Shown in pieces: positions 51,089-53,903 of a stretch of 53,903 bases of DNA. Source of the stretch: Bacillales bacterium UBA2753 (GTDB taxonomy: Bacteria > Bacillota_I > Bacilli_A > RFN20 > CAG-826); NCBI GenBank assembly GCA_002353275.1, contig DEJH01000008.1, positions 1-53,903 of the forward strand, read 5' to 3'. Numbering within the stretch: position 1 is the stretch's first letter; each line of letters starts with the position of its first letter. A model generated the notes under the pieces. That model ran no database searches. It was not told the origin of the DNA and saw only the letters and a list, made by a program, of their open reading frames with translations. A program made the position numbers and the translations under genes.

Positions 51089-51916
51089 TTAACTAAATCT
51101 ATAGGTATAGGTGGAATACATCGCTACTTGTCCTTGTGTAGTTTTGCGATAATCGTAATCCGCAGTAGCAATATATTCAGATTTTAACCATCCGTTTTTG
51201 TCGTATTCAAAACGAATATTGAATTTACCATCGAGTTCACCCTTATTCGCATAACAGCTATAAACTGGGAGAGGATCATCTGGAACCCATTCTTCACCTA
51301 ATTCAGGATGTTTCTCATAATTCATATAGAAAGGATAGTTATCAATCGCAACTTTGGTTCTTACTGCATCTCCACCAATTGCAAATCCTCCATCAGGAAG
51401 AATTTCATAATATGGATAGTTAGTAGAAGCATTGATCGCTCCTTTTGCATCCGCCCAAGCGATAATCAAATATAAGAGATTTGAATATCCACATGAACGG
51501 TTAAATGAACCATCAGCGCGATGCTTGTAGAAATTGTCTTTATGCAATCTAAGAGGCATTCTAGTCCAATAAGAACGGCTACTCATTCCATAAATGATGA
51601 TGTCATCTTCGGAATAGCCACTCACACCTTGCATTGTTAATCTTTCAGCTTTGGCGTTGTAGAATCCTTCATTATATCGCGCATTAGCGACATAACTAAT
51701 TCCATTAGGCATGTTATTAAATGTGCCGTCATCTTCACTAATTTCAGTTATCGCTCCAGCAATATCGATTGACCCATTAACTCTGTAATAAGGATGTTCG
51801 TTCGTATTAGCAATCTGATTAACATGATTGACAAGCGCTTCTAAAGAAACTGTATTAGTGCGACAGCTTGTTAATAATAGAGGAAATAATAATGTTAAAA
51901 GTATTCCTTTTTTCAT
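51089..51916 (-). CDS. Lipoprotein of unknown function (Tyr/Trp-rich)
   Basis: LLTS-C lipobox; starts 1 nt after the ATPase stop. Confidence 0.75.
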   Translation of the reverse strand: MKKGILLTLLFPLLLTSCRTNTVSLEALVNHVNQIANTNEHPYYRVNGSIDIAGAITEISEDDGTFNNMPNGISYVANARYNEGFYNAKAERLTMQGVSGYSEDDIIIYGMSSRSYWTRMPLRLHKDNFYKHRADGSFNRSCGYSNLLYLIIAWADAKGAINASTNYPYYEILPDGGFAIGGDAVRTKVAIDNYPFYMNYEKHPELGEEWVPDDPLPVYSCYANKGELDGKFNIRFEYDKNGWLKSEYIATADYDYRKTTQGQVAMYSTYTYRFS

Positions 51917-51917
51917 A

Positions 51918-53903
51918 TTAATATAACCTAATATTTAATTCGTTTTCGTAAATCTGTGACTTCTCGAAATCTGGAATTAAGTGAATGGTTTCGCCTAATG
52001 TCATCTCTCTAGTCTTATCTAGATAAACCACGACTTGTTCCCCGAAAAGTTCTCCTGTACATTTATACATCTTCACATCGCCATAGTTGACGAAAGAGAC
52101 CACTTTAAATTCAAGTCCTTTCTCATCCTCGATAAATCCGTTATGTGGGACTTCAATTCTAAATGTCTTGGTGAAGACTTTGTTTCCTAAACCTTGAATA
52201 ATTCGACCAGTAATCGCATCAGGAATTAAGAAATAGGTTTCATTAAATTTGAAGAAGAAAATGAGTTGAGCGTGTAATAATTCTTCATCTTTCTTCTTTT
52301 TGAGTTCCTTCTCTTTAATAGCGATCTCTTTATTAACGATCTTCACTGGATAACATTCTTCTTCAAATTGTTTCTTGCACGCTTTGATTTGATCGGTAAT
52401 AACAACTTTTCTTTGATTGAATCTCGCTCTTAAGCCATTGAGTTCGGTCTCTTTATCAAATTCTAAAGAATTTGTCTTTCTTTCAACATCATTGGCTTTC
52501 ATTTGAGGGAAGCTCTCTTTAAAGATAGAATAACTCATGCGGCGTTGAGAACGAGTTTCACGATCTTTGTTTTTACGCATCGATTCTTGATAATCTTCTT
52601 TCTCTTTTTGCCACATCTCTTTATATTGAGCGTCAATCTTCGCCATTTCTTCTTTAAAGATTTGTTTATGTTTTTCTTTAGCTTCAGCGTTAGCGGCTTT
52701 AAATTCATTCTTAGCTTGGCTTAATTCGGCTTTAAGTTCGGAAACCTTTTGTTCCATTTCCGCTTTTCTTGAGTCAATTTCAGGAGCGATTGCTTCTTGT
52801 TTGACCATTGCTTCATTAAGTTTTGCCTCTTTTTCTTGTTCGAATTCGCCTTCGATACCTTCATATTTTTGCATCACTTCGCCGACTCTTTGATTCTTAA
52901 GTTCTTCAAAAGATGCATCTTGAGTCACTTCAAAAGCAGTCTTTAAGTTGACAAATGTTGCATATAAGTTATCTCTATCCGCTAAAGGAGAAGCAAGTAA
53001 TTTGCCTTCTGGATCTTTAAATGTCGCTCTGGAATAATCAACAGAGAACTTCACTGAATCACCTTTTTTAGTTCCTTCTGGGACAAAGACGAATAATTTC
53101 TTATCTCCGCTAGTAACTAAAGCGAGATGTTTATCTCCGTGTTCCTCAACGAGTTCCACTTTTGCAGGAATAGCGCCTTCACCAACAGTAATTGCGTCAA
53201 GAGGAATGGTAATTGTTCCACCTTTAACAAAATCAACTGGGATTGATTCAGGTTTTGTTGCGGTACCAAATAATGTCATTCTTTCATTAATGATATCGAC
53301 TGGTAAAACGTTATATGAAGGGACTGGTGGAATAATGGTCATTTCAGTCTCGCTATCGAATAAGTGAATCTTTTCGACATTAATACGAGCCTTAATATGA
53401 TCTCCATGGACATGTCCCATCTTGTTTTTGGCTTTGATGATAATACTGGTAGTACTTTCTCCACCTAATCCTTCGATTTCTTTTAAATCACCATAGATTA
53501 AGGTTTCATTACCAAGTTCTTCAAAGTGAGAGATCACAACATCAACGATGTTATCGCCTTTAGCAATCTCTTCTTCTTCAGCAGAAACCGCTTCACATCT
53601 AAAGCCTAAGGTAATTGGGATATCACCATTTAAGTATTTTCTTTCAGCTTTAAGAACTGCATCATGAGAAATCTTTAGAGCAGGTTGATCACAATCCGAC
53701 CATCTCACTGCAACATCTTTTCCTTCATCTTTTAAGGTGACGTTAAAGAAGTTCATTTGTGGAGTACCAATAAATCCAGCGACGAATTTATTGATTGGTC
53801 GATCATATAAATTTTGTGGAGTGTCAATTTGTTGGACACGTCCAAGTTTCATAACCACTACTCGAGTACCAAGAGTCATCGCTTCGACTTGGTCGTGAGT
53901 AAC
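51918..53903 (-). CDS. MalK/MsmX-family sugar ABC ATPase with a very long C-terminal extension (5' part outside the window)
   Basis: Frame open to the window edge: [18 protein letters not shown]...[12 protein letters not shown], then TOBE-like repeats and a ~200-aa K/E/Q-rich coiled coil. Confidence 0.9.
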   Translation of the reverse strand, partial: VTHDQVEAMTLGTRVVVMKLGRVQQIDTPQNLYDRPINKFVAGFIGTPQMNFFNVTLKDEGKDVAVRWSDCDQPALKISHDAVLKAERKYLNGDIPITLGFRCEAVSAEEEEIAKGDNIVDVVISHFEELGNETLIYGDLKEIEGLGGESTTSIIIKAKNKMGHVHGDHIKARINVEKIHLFDSETEMTIIPPVPSYNVLPVDIINERMTLFGTATKPESIPVDFVKGGTITIPLDAITVGEGAIPAKVELVEEHGDKHLALVTSGDKKLFVFVPEGTKKGDSVKFSVDYSRATFKDPEGKLLASPLADRDNLYATFVNLKTAFEVTQDASFEELKNQRVGEVMQKYEGIEGEFEQEKEAKLNEAMVKQEAIAPEIDSRKAEMEQKVSELKAELSQAKNEFKAANAEAKEKHKQIFKEEMAKIDAQYKEMWQKEKEDYQESMRKNKDRETRSQRRMSYSIFKESFPQMKANDVERKTNSLEFDKETELNGLRARFNQRKVVITDQIKACKKQFEEECYPVKIVNKEIAIKEKELKKKKDEELLHAQLIFFFKFNETYFLIPDAITGRIIQGLGNKVFTKTFRIEVPHNGFIEDEKGLEFKVVSFVNYGDVKMYKCTGELFGEQVVVYLDKTREMTLGETIHLIPDFEKSQIYENELNIRLY

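Noticed and set aside
1-53903. Genetic code 4 (TGA=Trp), suggested by mollicute-like traits
   Set aside because: Long genes are intact under code 11 with Trp as TGG, and the phd gene ends in TGA at the expected length
1-53903. CRISPR arrays, tRNA/rRNA genes, IS elements, integrases
   Set aside because: No spaced repeat arrays, cloverleafs or transposase/recombinase ORFs detected by eye

Overview
This is a low-GC Bacillota (Bacilli) chromosomal window, almost entirely coded on the minus strand. A mollicute-like L11, abundant lipoproteins and the absence of LPXTG proteins suggest a reduced-genome gut Bacilli lineage (inference only). The left half is the core translation/transcription cluster: smpB, rpmG-secE-nusG, rplK-rplA-rplJ-rplL-rsmC-rpoB-rpoC and rpsL-rpsG-fusA-tuf. 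Two islets interrupt it. One carries a Phd-PIN type II TA pair, an orphan antitoxin, a lipoprotein and a LURP-one gene; the other carries ktrBA, a lipoprotein and an unannotated type I toxin-antitoxin-like locus encoding a 23-aa hydrophobic peptide. The right half (~27 kb) is an alpha-glucan/starch utilisation locus. It contains a MalK-type ATPase with a large coiled-coil insertion, lipoprotein GH13 alpha-amylase and pullulanase, and non-catalytic lipoproteins with Ig-like and SusE/F-like repeats. It also has three CBM26-like surface proteins sharing an apparently uncharacterised Cys-containing helical C-terminal domain plus TM/poly-Lys anchor (no sortase motif, dockerin or cohesin recognised), and cytoplasmic malQ, glgB and glgP. 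Regulatory oddities are a G10 tract in a promoter spacer (candidate phase variation), an 11-nt anti-RBS complement, and several apparently leaderless genes. All family assignments come from motif recognition by eye; no searches were run.
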